Assembly: GCF_009914755.1 (NCBI RefSeq) | Contig: NC_060927.1 | Reading direction: 5' to 3' (one strand) | DNA: 64,000 nt | Source: the human T2T-CHM13v2.0 reference genome, Homo sapiens | Part shown: positions 39,420 through 53,099 of the stretch, piece by piece | Layout of the letters: each line of letters begins with the position of its first letter | Position numbering within the stretch: the stretch's first letter is position 1 | Made by a program: the position numbers and the translations under genes | The notes under the pieces: model-generated | What the model saw: the letters and a program-made list of their open reading frames with translations, nothing else | What the model was told of the DNA's origin: nothing | The model's database searches: none

Positions 39420-39950
39420 CAAGTTCATTCTTTCATTCAAAAATATTATCTAAGTACCCACTATGCACCAGTTAGTGAACGACACAAACAAGCCTCTGCC
39501 TCTTGAAATATATCCTGTTCAGAAAGACAAATAATGCACATAATATATCAGGAGGTGATTACTGCAAAGAAGAAAAACAAAGCAGGATAAAGAAATAAAG
39601 TGTGAGAAGATGCTATGCTAGATAGGATGGCCAGAAGATTTCTTTGAGAAGGTCACTTTTGAACAGAACTGAATAGGGAGAATAATGAACCAGATCCAGT
39701 TGCCTAGAGGGAGAGCCATCCAGGGAGAGGAAGAGCAAGGGCAAGCGATGTGATGCAGCTATACACTTGGCATATTCCAAAAACATCAAGGAGGCTGTGT
39801 GAGAGAAAGAGAAGTGGGAGGAAGTTAATTCAGAGAGGCAGCCAGGGCAAGATTATGCAGGTTCTTCTTGACCATATCTAGGATATTTGATTTTATTCTA
39901 GATCTTATGGGAAGCAAGAAGAGGGTCAAAAATGGTGCTAGGATCTTACT
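39420..39950 (-). mobile_element. L2 fragment, antisense
   Basis: ttcattcaaaaatattatctaagtacccactatgcacc...ggatggccagaagatttctttgagaaggtcacttttgaacaga. Confidence 0.75.
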
Positions 39951-40024
39951 AACATGGTGGTGATTAATGTGGTCTCACAATTAATTAGAATAATTCCATA
40001 AAGTTTTTATCAATAAAGTATCAA

Positions 40025-40352
40025 GTTTATATAATACATATTAAGATCTACTAAATATATTAAATAATATATCATAGATTATAATATATTATTTAATATA
40101 ATATATATTATTATATATTATATATTATTTATATATTATATAATATTATAATATATAATATATATTATTTAATATAATATATATTAAATAATATATTATA
40201 GATTATAATATATATTATATATAACATATATAATATATATTATAATCTATAATATATTATTTAATATGTTATATATAATATATATTATAATATATAATAT
40301 AATATAGATTATAATATATTATTTAATTATATTAATTAAATAATATATTAAA
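40025..40352. repeat. AT-rich low-complexity tract containing a perfect 42-bp-arm palindrome
   Basis: Almost pure A/T; arms 40181-40222 and 40226-40267 are exact reverse complements. Confidence 0.9.
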
Positions 40353-41429
40353 GAGGGCTAGTAACAACCTATGGGGCATTGGTAATAACTGGCATTTATG
40401 ACGGCTGAAGTATAGATTCTTACTGTATTTTATTAGAGAGAAGGAGATTCATTTAGTAGGAATTTATATGGATGGTGAGAAAACCACCAGAAAAGGATGA
40501 TGCTGTAGTGACATCAGGCAGAGTCTGCATTGTGTTTGTAGTTTAAGAAGCACGCACAAGAATCTGAAAAGATTAACAATGAAGGTGCCCTCTAAATGTT
40601 AAACTATTAAATAAGCAGAGATCAAGCCATATTGCCATTAAGAGGCAGCATGGCTCTGGACCATAACAAGCTTTCCTGTGATAACTAATACGATTAAAGA
40701 AAGAAAATAACAATCTGAAGCACAGATTGGTCAGCCATAGTACTATAGAAATAGGAAAGCACAGAGGTCTATTCTGCTCCTGTCCAAGGAAGGGACATCT
40801 CGGCATTGTTGGGCTGCTCAGAATGTCTGTTCTTTCTGGCAGGTAGATGGAGATGGATGCATGCTGCCATTAGCACCTGATGAGACTAAGCATTTGAAAC
40901 AAGCATCCTGCTCACCAAGCAACCTTCTGTTAATGTGACTCCCTGCGTAGCTTTTGTGCAGGGCAGGAATTCACTGGCCAGACTGATGCAAATGTCTGGT
41001 CCAGTTAACAGTAATATTTTTCATTGTAAATTACTACAGTGGCTTTCTAATTTATATGCCTCAGTCTTTTGTGAGTTGCTACAAGACATCCCCCCTAAAT
41101 AATCAGCTCTGTGCATTAACCAGACCAAGCACTGGGACCTGCAATGCTGAGGTCTGGACTCCAGCTGTGATGAATTCACCCTGGAAATGCTGCCCTGCAA
41201 GGTCTCTTGGCAGCTGGCCTTCTCCTGGGACACACTGACCTTGCAGTACCTTACATTTGAAATGTCGACATGTGCCTTCCAACACTGGGTCTCCTGGGAA
41301 CAGTCACTGCCGGGGCATATGTGCAGGGAGTTATAAGATGTGATTAATTGAATATTGAAGAAATGTCTCCACTGGTAGGAAAATAATTTTAATTATGTAT
41401 ACTATGTATGTACTCTTTAAATATAACAA

Positions 41430-41880
41430 TAGCCAATATTTGTAATTTATTAAGCACTTTCTAAGCCCCATTCTAAAAGTTTTAAATATTACTTGATTTA
41501 AGTACTATTATTATTCCTATTCTCATTTTAGAGACTGGAAAAACAGAAGTTGAGAAAGGTTATGTCATTAACCAGGGTTTCATCATTACTATATGATGGA
41601 ACTGTGATTTGAACTCAGACCTATTATCCCCAGAGTTAAGAGAATAGACTCTGGAGCAAGACTTGCTCTGGCTGGAAACCCACCTCCATCACTTATTAGA
41701 TTATTGATCTTGGATAAAACATAGAACTCCTTTGAATCCGTTTTGTCACTAAGTGCATAACAACATAGAATTGCAATGAAGTGCAAACAAAACTACGAAA
41801 ATAAAGTACTTAGTAATATAAAGTGCTTAATACTGCATATTATACATAGTAAGAGCCAAAGAAAGGTTATCTGTTAATGT
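41430..41880. mobile_element. Two adjacent MIR fragments in opposite orientation
   Basis: MIR cores (ctcattttagagactggaaaaacagaagttgagaaaggttatgtc; gactctggagcaagacttgc...aagtacttagtaatat). Confidence 0.55.
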
Positions 41881-43065
41881 AATAGTTAAAATATGTAATA
41901 TATGAGAGTCTATATCACATAACCAGATCAATGCTCAGGTATACCTTCTCATGAGTATCCTCACTCCCTCCTTATACCTTTAATATTCAGTGATATCACT
42001 TGATTTACTTATATAAGCCTCATTCCAAAAATTTGTGTCAGGTTTCAAAAATATATACAAATATGTAAAAGAAGTAGATCAAATATGGCAAAAAAAATAG
42101 TTGGAAAAGAAAACAAATGGCAGTATGCAATATATTTCTATACATTTGAAGTGGGCAGCACATTTGGCTTTGAATTCCCCAGAAGCCCAGGTAAATGGGA
42201 CGATGTGGTTAATGTTAAGTTTCACATTGGCCATAGGACTAAAACAAACCTCTATTCCACAGTTCTGTAGACTGAGAACCTGACCCACATGGGCCCTCCT
42301 AAAGGCGTATTGTGTGATGCAGCAGCAGCATCAACAAGGCTTGCAATAATGAACCTCAATATTTTGAAAATAGCAATACTGCATTTCAAGAATTTGAAAT
42401 GTCAGCATATATGTGAGTGTTTCTGATTGGCTTGAAACTGGACTGCCTGACCATTTTATATCTTCACCCACAGACTGCTAGTGCTTTCCATTTACCCCAA
42501 GCTTATTGTATTGTTCTGTCTTTGTAGAGACCTTCTGCAAAATGCCAGGCTATAGTTTCCCTCTTATCTGCATTAATTCAAAATACTCTGTGTTTTTTTT
42601 CCATTTCATTTTGGGTTATATTTTCCAATTCTTTGGCCGTGTAGAGAAGAGGTCAAAGTCATTCATCTGGAACTGGAAAAAAAAAATTCGCAGAACAGTG
42701 AGTTTACTATTCCAAATGGTTAATGGCTAGGAGAAAGTGAGTGCCTCTGGAACTTGAAAACCTGGCTTCAGACAATAAATCAAAAGCAACTTAAGTTAGT
42801 ACCAAGGCACCTTGGGCTTTCATACCTGACCGGCAAAAAAAAGAAAAAAGAAAAGGAATAGCAAAGAAGAATAGAAAGTGGCATCCTCCCTAACGGAGCT
42901 ATAAAAATGATGGGAGTACAATCTCAATTGTGCTTACAGTCTGCTTACATATGCTGTCCAAGCACACCCCCACATCAGCATCCAGGCTGCACCTTACTTG
43001 ACTGTCGCTTCTCAAGTACTTGACTTTTTATTTCTTCTCCTTTATTTATCTCATCTCTTTTTCAG

Positions 43066-43380
43066 CTTGGTACCAGGTCCAATGGCTTCAAAGTTTACAT
43101 ATACACTCTCACTTGCTTTTAAAAACACTCATCTTAATCTCCACCTTATTTTTTTTTCTTTTCACACTGCAAAATTGTGTGCCTGTTCATAGCCCTGGAG
43201 GGACTGGAAGGCCAGGACCAGACTCTCATGGAAAGGTCATTTTTTGTTGTTTTTTGTTTTGTTGTTATTGTTTTGCACAGTCTCAAGTGGAAAGTCCCAT
43301 GGTTCTACTCATAGAGGGAGGCTGTCTTTTTCCATGACATTTCCAGATTTACCTTCAATAAAATAACTAAAACCCTGACT
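43066..43380 (+). other. Candidate terminal exon (plus strand)
   Basis: Long pyrimidine tract tttcttctcctttatttatctcatctctttttcag|CTT; no strong donor seen; AATAAA at 43357-43362. Confidence 0.3.
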
Positions 43381-43512
43381 TGGGCATTTGAGAATAGCAC
43401 ATTGTCTGATTTTGATTGCAAATCATATATTCTGCTCAGCGCTCAGCACTCAGCACGTGGTTGATAATCCTTGAGTTGTGCTTTCTCTTTCTGTCACAGA
43501 ATAGCTAACTGA

Positions 43513-43899
<387 letters not shown>

Positions 43900-46800
43900 T
43901 GGCACTATATTCTTTGGGGAATTCTTACCAGCTGAGTTGTGGCATTCACTTTGCATGACATGTATAGGGATCGGAGAAAAAAAATTAACTGTCCACTAAT
44001 TGAATGCACCACTCCTTGCTCCTGGAAGCAAGTAGGGGAGAGTCACCACCATTAATGATTACAGGTGATTATCTCATCTCCTTTAGAAGCTTATTAGCCC
44101 CTATAAAGTTCTTTCTACTCCCAAGGTGTCACTTCACACCCAACGGGAAATAGGTACTGAAGTGTCTTGGCCAAAGTCTTCTCTCAAGATCTCAGTGATT
44201 CTATTTTTAGGCTACCAGTGAGCCTGGTCCAAGAATAGCAATATTTAGGTTGATATTTTTCCTTTGACAGATGAACTTATATTCCTTAGTGACTGGAGAA
44301 GAATGGGGTTGTATAATTTCCCTAGCGCTCCTGTAGAACAAAGTAAATATTCTATACCTTGTCTCCCTAATGGTAAAACTGCAGAGAATGAAGGTGAAAT
44401 GGCTTGATCAGGGTCATAGAAGTGTGTCAAAAGTTTACATGAAGACCAACAAAACAAAACAAACAGCCAAAAACCAGTCAGAAGCCCAGTCAGGCACTGG
44501 ATCCAATCACTGGCAACATTATCTCAGATGCAGTGTCCTCTATCAAAGCCATGGTGAGGAACGCGTGTCTGAGATAGAGTTGGAACCCTGGTAGACATGA
44601 AGTCCTGGCATTATGAACTCAGGCTCTCAGCGCCTCCATCTGCCTGTGATTTAATGTGGACGACAGTATCTCTCCACTGACAGGAACAGCATTTCTTGTC
44701 GTTTTGTGTACTGAGCTATTTCTGCCATGACATATATCAACAGGATCGGGATCTTGAGGATTTATTGGGAGTGTTAATAATTGCATGTGAGTAAGGTCTC
44801 AGCACTTCATCTGCAGCCGGGGATGGGGGTGGGGAGCTGCTAAGCAGAGCCAATGTATATTCTCTTTTGGACAGGGAGCTCATATTTAACACACAGCTTT
44901 GTCTTCCCTGACTGCCCTGTGAAAAAATATGTTTTTAGTAAATAAATATTTAACGGATTTCCTAGTGTCTCTTTTTTGTATTAGTTTGGTTGGATTTAAA
45001 ACCCAGTATTGTGAAAGTAAAGTGTAAGACAGAATTCTTTTGTAAAAATAACAATGATCATTTTTAAGGGTTATTTTTTTTGTCTGTTTATGTGAGTTTT
45101 GTCTTACATTCACGTCCCAGTTTTGTTTTTGATGTATAGATACCCATATTTTCTGGTTTTAAAACAAGTTTAAACGTGTATATTTGAAGAGAGAGAAAAC
45201 ATACTGATATTGTCTGCTGATATTAGGAAACCTAATATCACCTGAATTCTATTTCCATTTAGTATTTTCATCTTTTGTTTCCCTGACTCCTTCCTCAAAG
45301 CTAGTTTTCCAAACTGTTAAGAAAACATAGCAAAATTGGATTTGCTCCATCTTATCCAAAGTGAAATTGACTACAACTAAATCTATTATATATCAATTAA
45401 ATATAAGTTGAGAACATCTATCCACTTGGTCCCCAAACCATTGAATATATCAAATGTAAATGCCTCTGGGTTTTGTTATAAGCATTTGCAGAAGCTAGAA
45501 ACCAGCTGTGGTTAAAATTCACAACCTGTAGATACTCTTTACATCAGATATTGCAATTGCCTGGAGATATTATTTTTATGGGCATTCATTTATTTCCAAT
45601 CTCCATAACATTCTGAGAAACTTTTATAAGAAAGGCAAAATGCAAAAATGAAATACATAGTGCCAGGTTATAGTCTGATATGTATAAATAGATCTCCATC
45701 AGTGACATTTATTTTCTGCCCCTTAATGTTTATAAATGGTAATATGTTCTTTGTGCTCTGAATTTTTTGGTATGTATAATGACATTAGTCTTGCAACACA
45801 GGTATTTTTCTACTTCTCAGTATATTCTATTTGTTTATATGATCTCTTATTAATTAGGTACAGCTAAGAAAAGTGAGCCTATAACAAACATTACTAAGCT
45901 GTGTTTTGTTGTGGTTGAGAAAGAAATGAGATGAATAAAAGGGAGAATATGAATTGAAGATAAGAAAAATATGAATATGCCTGCATTTAAAAGCCAGGTG
46001 GCCTCACGTTAGTACAGGCCTGGAAGAAACAACTAGAATCTACACATTTCCTTTCACAGATGAGGAGACTGAGGCTTGGAGGGGCTTGTCTATTTTCTCA
46101 GAGAGGGCATATCTGGACCCAGAACCAACAGACCAGTGTCATTTCATGTTTCTGACCCTCAGCTCCTGGACCAGAAGGCAGCTACTTTTTTAACAGAAGA
46201 TTTTTCTAGTCCTGGCTTTGCCACTCTGTTTTGCATTTAAAATCTAAGTTCATCTCCTAATTTCTCCTCTTTTCACCCCTACAGGACACCTATAAGATCT
46301 CCAGGACTCGGTCAGCATTTTTCTTTTACATTTTCCCCCTTGTATTTTCCCGCTTAACCACCTGAGGACATACACATACAGCAAATAAGATGGGCATTGG
46401 GTGTCCAGAGAACACAGATAACTTATGCCTAACACAGTATATGATCAAATAAGTCTTGAATTATGCATAAATGTACAAATTAATCAATTCAAGGTAACAT
46501 GAGATCTAAAAATGTATTACAACAAGAGAAAAGGGATAACAAGCCATTCTTTATATCTTCTCCAAACACAGTCATACTTAGATAAACCTAACAAATAATT
46601 CAGATGCTTTTGCTACACTAATTAGAAACACTATTAGAGACTCAAAAGATAAAATTCTGTCCATACCTGACCAAACTCCCCTTGTCCAACACATTTGCCT
46701 TGTATTCCAAGCACAACACATAAGTATAAAATGGAGTAAATGTATATAGACCATTAGAAAGCAGTTTGAAACTGACCACATAGAGATCACAAAGCCATCA

Positions 46801-47499
46801 TCTGGTAGTGTTGGAATTCCTGGGTGTCTATGATGAATGCATTTGCAAATGTTGCTGTGAAGTAATTTCCTTCCATTTCTAGAGTACCCCAGATAAATTA
46901 GATTTCCCTCTAATCACATCTGCTGCCTGCGTATAAGAAAAGATGGTTTTCTCATACACAAATGATATGTACTTAGAGGGTAGAGGACAAAGAAATTTAG
47001 TGGAAAGTTACCACATATAATTATAACGGAGCAGCATGGTACCAAAGAAAAAGTCACAGGATGCTTTTTAGGAAGAGACTATACAAAATGCCATATGAAT
47101 ACGGCTGTGAGGTACTGCATATTACAGGGTATGTGCAATTCACTGTGAGAGGTAAACAAGACCTTAACTGTGTCTTACACATACAGGGCACCCTGTTGAG
47201 GACTGGCTAACTGATGTCAAGTACTTTCAGTAAACAAATCAGATGTATGATGCTATTCATCTAATATATCCACATTAAAATCAGAAAGGAAATAAATTAT
47301 TGTGATACTAGAAGAAAATTTAAGCTGAAATGTTATCAATAAAGTGGCCATATGTACCTCTAGCCTATGTCAGAATCATAGGTTATTCTGACAATTTTAA
47401 ATAATATCTAGTTATAAAGAGTTTGGAATTCAAAAAAGAGATAGTAAATAAATACAGCGGGCTACCACGTAGTCAAAGTTTCCTTACTGGTGACCTGGT

Positions 47500-47940
47500 T
47501 GTTGCAGATGCTATTGATAAACTACTGACATTCATTTGGGACATGCCATTTCAGAAATTGCTGGCCATGCCCAACTGCAAGCTCCTGTGATTCTCCACCT
47601 GAGGGTTTTCTTTTCTTTTGGCCTTCATGTAGCATGTTAAAAGTGCTGAGCAGTAAATGCCCTAGGGAATAGCTCCCATCCAATGACAGACAGAAGTTGG
47701 AGACAAAGGCCCTGCTCCCTCACTTCCTCACTTTTAGGTAGGAAGATTCTGACACTGGTTTTCTTACAGAGTTCCAGCAATTTCCATTGGGTCTAAGCAT
47801 TAGTGGTACACAACACACCCTTTATAGGTTTCCCTGTATGCCTGCTCATACGTCTTCACTCCATTGCTCATTTTTTTCTGAGATTATCTCCCAAATAAAC
47901 TACCTGCAAATTGTTGTTGCAAGGGGGAACCCAACTTAAC
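47500..47940 (+). mobile_element. LTR16-family (ERVL) LTR
   Basis: ctcccatccaatgacagacagaagttggag...cccaaataaactacctgca...gggggaacccaacttaa. Confidence 0.6.
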
Positions 47941-48199
47941 TCATGACCAGTTCAAAACTGGCATGAACAGAAAATTAAGGCATCAAAAAGTGGGGCAGGG
48001 CAAGGAACCATGTAGTAAAGCCCATGCATTTTACTTAAAATAAGAATCCTAAGAAGGGGTAGGAACATTGGGAAAAGAGGCAGAGAAACCACCAAAACAA
48101 ATGGAATAACTTATGAAGCATTTAGAGTAGGAACAATCAGGTTTTAGTAACCTGTAAGATATTATACATAATATAAGGCTTCGGTAACCTACATTATAC

Positions 48200-48434
48200 A
48201 TCTACTCTTCTATAAATGTTCACAATACAAAATCTGAGTTAGTGTTGGTAGGTCCAAACATAATACTTACTACCTGTAACTATGCAAGAAACGCCACATT
48301 ACGTAAGCTACCGTTAGTGAATATAAATCTTTGAATGGATCAGTGTGAACATCTTTAAACGGTCAGCATTATGTTAATATACACAGGTAATTGCACAGTT
48401 ACTAAATGGCCACCTGGAAACACATTCAAATAAT
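48200..48434. repeat. Copy A of a ~235-bp local direct duplication (exon-like unit 48271-48413 on the minus strand)
   Basis: Aligns by eye with 53100-53333: about 33 substitutions and 1 gap (~85% identity). Confidence 0.92.
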
Positions 48435-51081
48435 GTAAGACCTGAAATTATTTGTACAGTATCTCAGAGTACAATTCTTACTTATACTGATGGTCTAGGT
48501 CATTGATCATTAAACACTGAATAGCAATTATTGTACTCTAAGAATGCAGGGGGTGCACTGTATAGTTCCTAAAATTGACATTAAAATTGTTATAATGAAT
48601 AGTTCTCATTTACAAATTAAACTTCAATTTGCTGGAAAACATATTAATGTAGGATATACACCTTTCCCATAACTAGAGATAAAGTAGATGACACAGGACA
48701 GGTCCGGTATTACTTAACTGAGTTAGTATGTTCTGTAAGTATAACTTGGGTCAACACTGTACCTACAGAGACATCACTGAAGTGGGAAAGTTGAAGCACA
48801 GAGGAAGTAACTGAGAGTTAAGCAGAATATTCAGCTAATATTTGAATCAAATATATATTGAGCTGATGTTTCATGGTTTTCTCAAAATTCATATCCCAGA
48901 CATTTTAGCATAAATACATGCTTGTATCTTTTGCTTTATGTATGGGCTAAGCTATTCTTACATGCTAGTAAGATAAACTTAAGTAGTGAGAATTGATGAG
49001 TATCATGAAAGGATCCGGGCTATAAAAATATCTCCCCATTGATCAATAGTTGACACTTTGAATTCTGCCACTAGCAGCCTATATCTTTGGTTAAATTATT
49101 GTTGTGTTTCCTCTTATGAGATGAAAATATACCTCAGGGAACTATCACTTCGGGTCACTCACATCTTAATGTGCGTAAATAATACTGAAAGCTTTGTTAG
49201 AGAAATTAGGGTTACCACAAAGATAATATGGTGATGGAAATTTTTGTAAAATAACTTTTATGATGAGTTTCCTTTGGGAAAAAAAACAGTCTAAAATCAT
49301 ACTAGACTATATGATTCTGGCTAAAAATCAGAAGTATGGATGCAGGGGCATATTTTATTAAAAGAAAACACCAAAGATTCAATTAAGTATAGAGCCTGGA
49401 AAGAGTCTAACAAAGTGGTGTTTGCCCATTTATGTGAGCCAAAATACTATGAGCTCTTTCAGATATGTGTGTTTATCTTTATTTTGCCCAATTTCTGTGT
49501 CTTTGTCTAGCCTCCCATTCCCCAAACCTGTATTCTGCAAAGCATTCTACATAGATCTACTTCCAGCAGTTCCTCAGAGCATGTCCCACAATAGCTGACC
49601 TTATTCCTTCTGTGGCTATGACCTCTATGCACAGGAAAATCTCCAGTGCCGCTCTATATGACTGGCCTAGGCAGACAGATGGCCTGGAATACTACCAACA
49701 ACCAGGCATAGGAAAAAACACCAAACAGGAAAACCAGCTTAGTAAGACAAAATCATTTTCTAGCAGTACTGAGATCAAGGTGAAAAGTAAATGTCAGGTA
49801 TCCTTCCTTATCTTCATTTTTGCAATCTTAAGATACATGTCCTCATGCAATTTACATTTTCTGCAGATAGATTACTAAAATAAATCAACTCAATTCAAGT
49901 ATTTTTGAAGTATCTTCTCTGTGCCAATCACTACATCAGGCAAAGAGAATAAAGCAATGAACAGGTTACAATCTCTGACTCTAAAATGTGGGGGATCCCT
50001 TCATGCAATATTGTAAAACCCAAGTGAGTGGCTGGTCCCCATGGCTGTAGGAGGTAGTGTTATCTGAGTAATGGCATTTCCTTTAGAGTTCCCACCATGG
50101 CTTTTTGATTACCATAGTAGTGATTGGACCTGCCAGTCAGTCAGAATGTTTTCTGACTTGTTTCTACAAACTCTGACCCGAAAGACGAACTCCTGCCAAT
50201 AACTTACTAAGGAGGAAAAAATACAAGACCTGTCTGTGCTCCTTTTAATTAGCTCAGCAATCTGGCAACCAGAGACTCTGACGCAGAAAAGACAAAAAAA
50301 AGTCTTATTTAAAATACTGTGGGAGGCTAATGCTGAAACACTGACCAGTCCCCTGTTGAGACAGGGGAGGGGCCTGGAGTAAACTATAGCAAGAAGCAGC
50401 TCAGTGTATGGGTCCTATTTAAATTCCTGTGTGCATTTCCCGTCAACATGCACTAATTTGCATTGAGGCCAAAGACCCAAGAATGGGCAATCTGACAGCA
50501 GTCTGACCACCGTTGCATCTTCTGGTTATCTTGGCAGTTCTTTCTTCTTCAGGTGTGACAAACGACACTCCTGAGAGGCTTTGGCAGGCTTCCAGGTTGT
50601 GTTCTGTGCATTGTTGAAGGGAATGACAGAGATTCCAGTAACACACCATGAGAGCACACTTCTATAAAACTCTGATTTTTATCTGTAATTTTTATTAATC
50701 CCAAATTCTCTCATTTGTCAAAGAATGAATGAATTAGATATGGTAGACTGTTCCTCTATAGGTTCAAACTATTACTTCTTCTTTTGATCTACTTACCCAT
50801 CACCAGCCTTAAGACTAAATAAAAGCCTTCTCTCAAGATTCAAACATAGAATGGGTGGGTGGCATCCACCTTTTTTTTTGCCCTCACACCCATAATTGAA
50901 AGACTCAGGAGGAAAAGGTGTGTGATTGATATCTTGTGCCAGGTGCAGTTCAGACTATACATAAATATAGGACAGATTTTACATCAAATAAAATATTTTA
51001 AGACAAAATACAGGAAGACAAAATACAAATATTTACAAAATTAGTGATGCAAGATTTCAATACCAAGTTAAAGAAAGCACT

Positions 51082-51126
51082 ACACACACACACACACGCG
51101 CACACACACACACACACACTCACACA
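51082..51126. repeat. (CA)n microsatellite with a CG interruption
   Basis: Direct observation. Confidence 0.9.
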
Positions 51127-52427
51127 AATGGTGGAAACAGTGTGGTAGCTGTTCATGAGGACAGTGAAGTACGTTGAAGGGTTTATGGCACTGAGCTGGA
51201 CTTACAGGAAGACAAAAGAATAGACTGAGCAATGAAGAGGGAAAGGGCATTTCAGGTGGTTTGAATATAGTGAATAAAATCCAGTCATTCACTGGAGGCC
51301 ATTCACCAAATAAGCTGAGGACATTCACAAAATAAGCTGGGAATTTTAGATAGGTTTGTTTGCTGCTTTTAAAAGTAATTCTTAGAATCTCCTCACTCTT
51401 CCATAGAAATTACCGTCATTGCAGAGTCCTTTCCACCAGAGCTTTCAGGCAGAGCTGGCACCAACTCCTACCTCCCACACTGCCTCCTCCACATCAGACA
51501 GAATTACCTGCATGTTCCTGGGTGACACAAAGGAAGGATGAGATGTCACCCACGACAAGCTTAAGTGGACAGTTTTGGACATCAGTCGCTAATACTAATT
51601 TCAGTGCCCTATGATTTGATTGCTTGGATGATTAATGGGATTCTCATGACACTTTTGTAGCATGCCTCTTCGTTTTCTCTTTAACTTTAATAAAATGGGA
51701 TTACCCATTCTTGTCATGCTGAGTCTGAAGAGGTAGTCAAGTAGACAAAAAGAAAAAAAAAACTGAGATGTATCTTGAGAAGGGGGAAAGCAGAATAGCC
51801 TAAATCAACTTTATATTTTTTTCAAGATATCAAAGTACAGGGGGCTCCTGTTGCTTTGTCTGATGAAGGCCCTTAATTTTCTGCCTGTATATAGTTACTG
51901 AATGCCACTGTGCATCAGCCTTCTTGTCTATGAAATGAAGCTAATAATACAGACGTAGTCCAGAGCAAAGCTGTAAGCATTAATTAATAAAACATGATTG
52001 TTAAGCCTACTGCAAACACGAAGCATAGCATGAAGCTACTTGGTTAGAAAGTAATAAAGTGGGGCCTCCGAAGCACTGGGCAGCTGTGCTGCGGGCTCAG
52101 AGTCCCACCCCTCCTCCCTTTGAGTATTCAGGTCAATGCAGCCTTCTTTGTGCCATCAGCATTGAAATCCTTCCCAAATACCAGACCCAGGAGTGCTTCC
52201 CCTCAGAGGCTCAACATGTCACATGCTTCTCTATGCTTCTACCTGCACCTACTCTATCTCTGTATTTTGGCTCATCTCAGTTGCTAGCTTTTGATTTCAT
52301 CTTCCTCACATTGGTATTTCTTTTTCCAATTATCTCAGCAGAGAAAATGTTCTTCCTACAGTAGAAAGAATTCCCCAATCACACTCCTCACCCAGTGAGT
52401 GACAGGCCTTGCTGATGCTTCTTTACC

Positions 52428-52445
52428 CCTCTCTCTCCTCCTCCT

Positions 52446-52479
<34 letters not shown>

Positions 52480-52480
52480 A
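52428..52480. repeat. Compound (CT)n(CA)n microsatellite
   Basis: Direct observation. Confidence 0.85.
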
Positions 52481-53099
52481 CATTTGCACACAGTGAGATT
52501 ACAATAATTTACTTGGTACTGTGAGAGAGGAGAAAATACCATTCCTAGCAAGTGAATTTTACAACAAATAACTATGAAATACTCACTAATTTGGCTCAAT
52601 TCAAAAATTCAATTTAATGAAAACAAATATCTAGCATGTAAATTTTTTCCAAAAAGCACTGTGCTAGCCATTGTGCAGTGCAAGGCAACAAGCTTAGTCC
52701 CTTGCTCTCAAGGTTTAGAGAGATATGTACGTGAAATACCACAACATAAGCAGAGTCATGTGCTTTAAAAGAGCTATAAGCAAAAAGAAGAGATAGATTT
52801 CTGTTGGAAGAAAGGAAGGAAAGATAGATGGAAAGAAAAGACAGAAGGAAAAAAATCTTACATTTATAGCGGGACTGGTATATTCTTATTAGGATGTTAA
52901 ATGCTTCCATATGAGTTATCTATTTTAATTTTACATTTTCTCTATAGTGTAGTATTATTTTTCCATTTATATAGATGTTAAAACTGAGACTCCAGAAAGT
53001 ACATAACTTTACCAAATTGTTGATGTCAATGGGACAGCATGAGTTCATGAAGCCTCCAGGATGAGACAATTAAATTGAACTTTGAAATAAATATTACAT

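Noticed and set aside
48210-48270. Apparent 61-nt mini-intron GTAAGT...CACTAAC...TTTATAG on the minus strand in both copies
   Set aside because: Shorter than usual human introns, with a weak pyrimidine tract; kept only as a motif observation.
50797-50814. Possible 18-nt microexon (ttttatttag|...TGG|GTAAGT), minus strand
   Set aside because: Short pyrimidine tract and no other support; likely chance.
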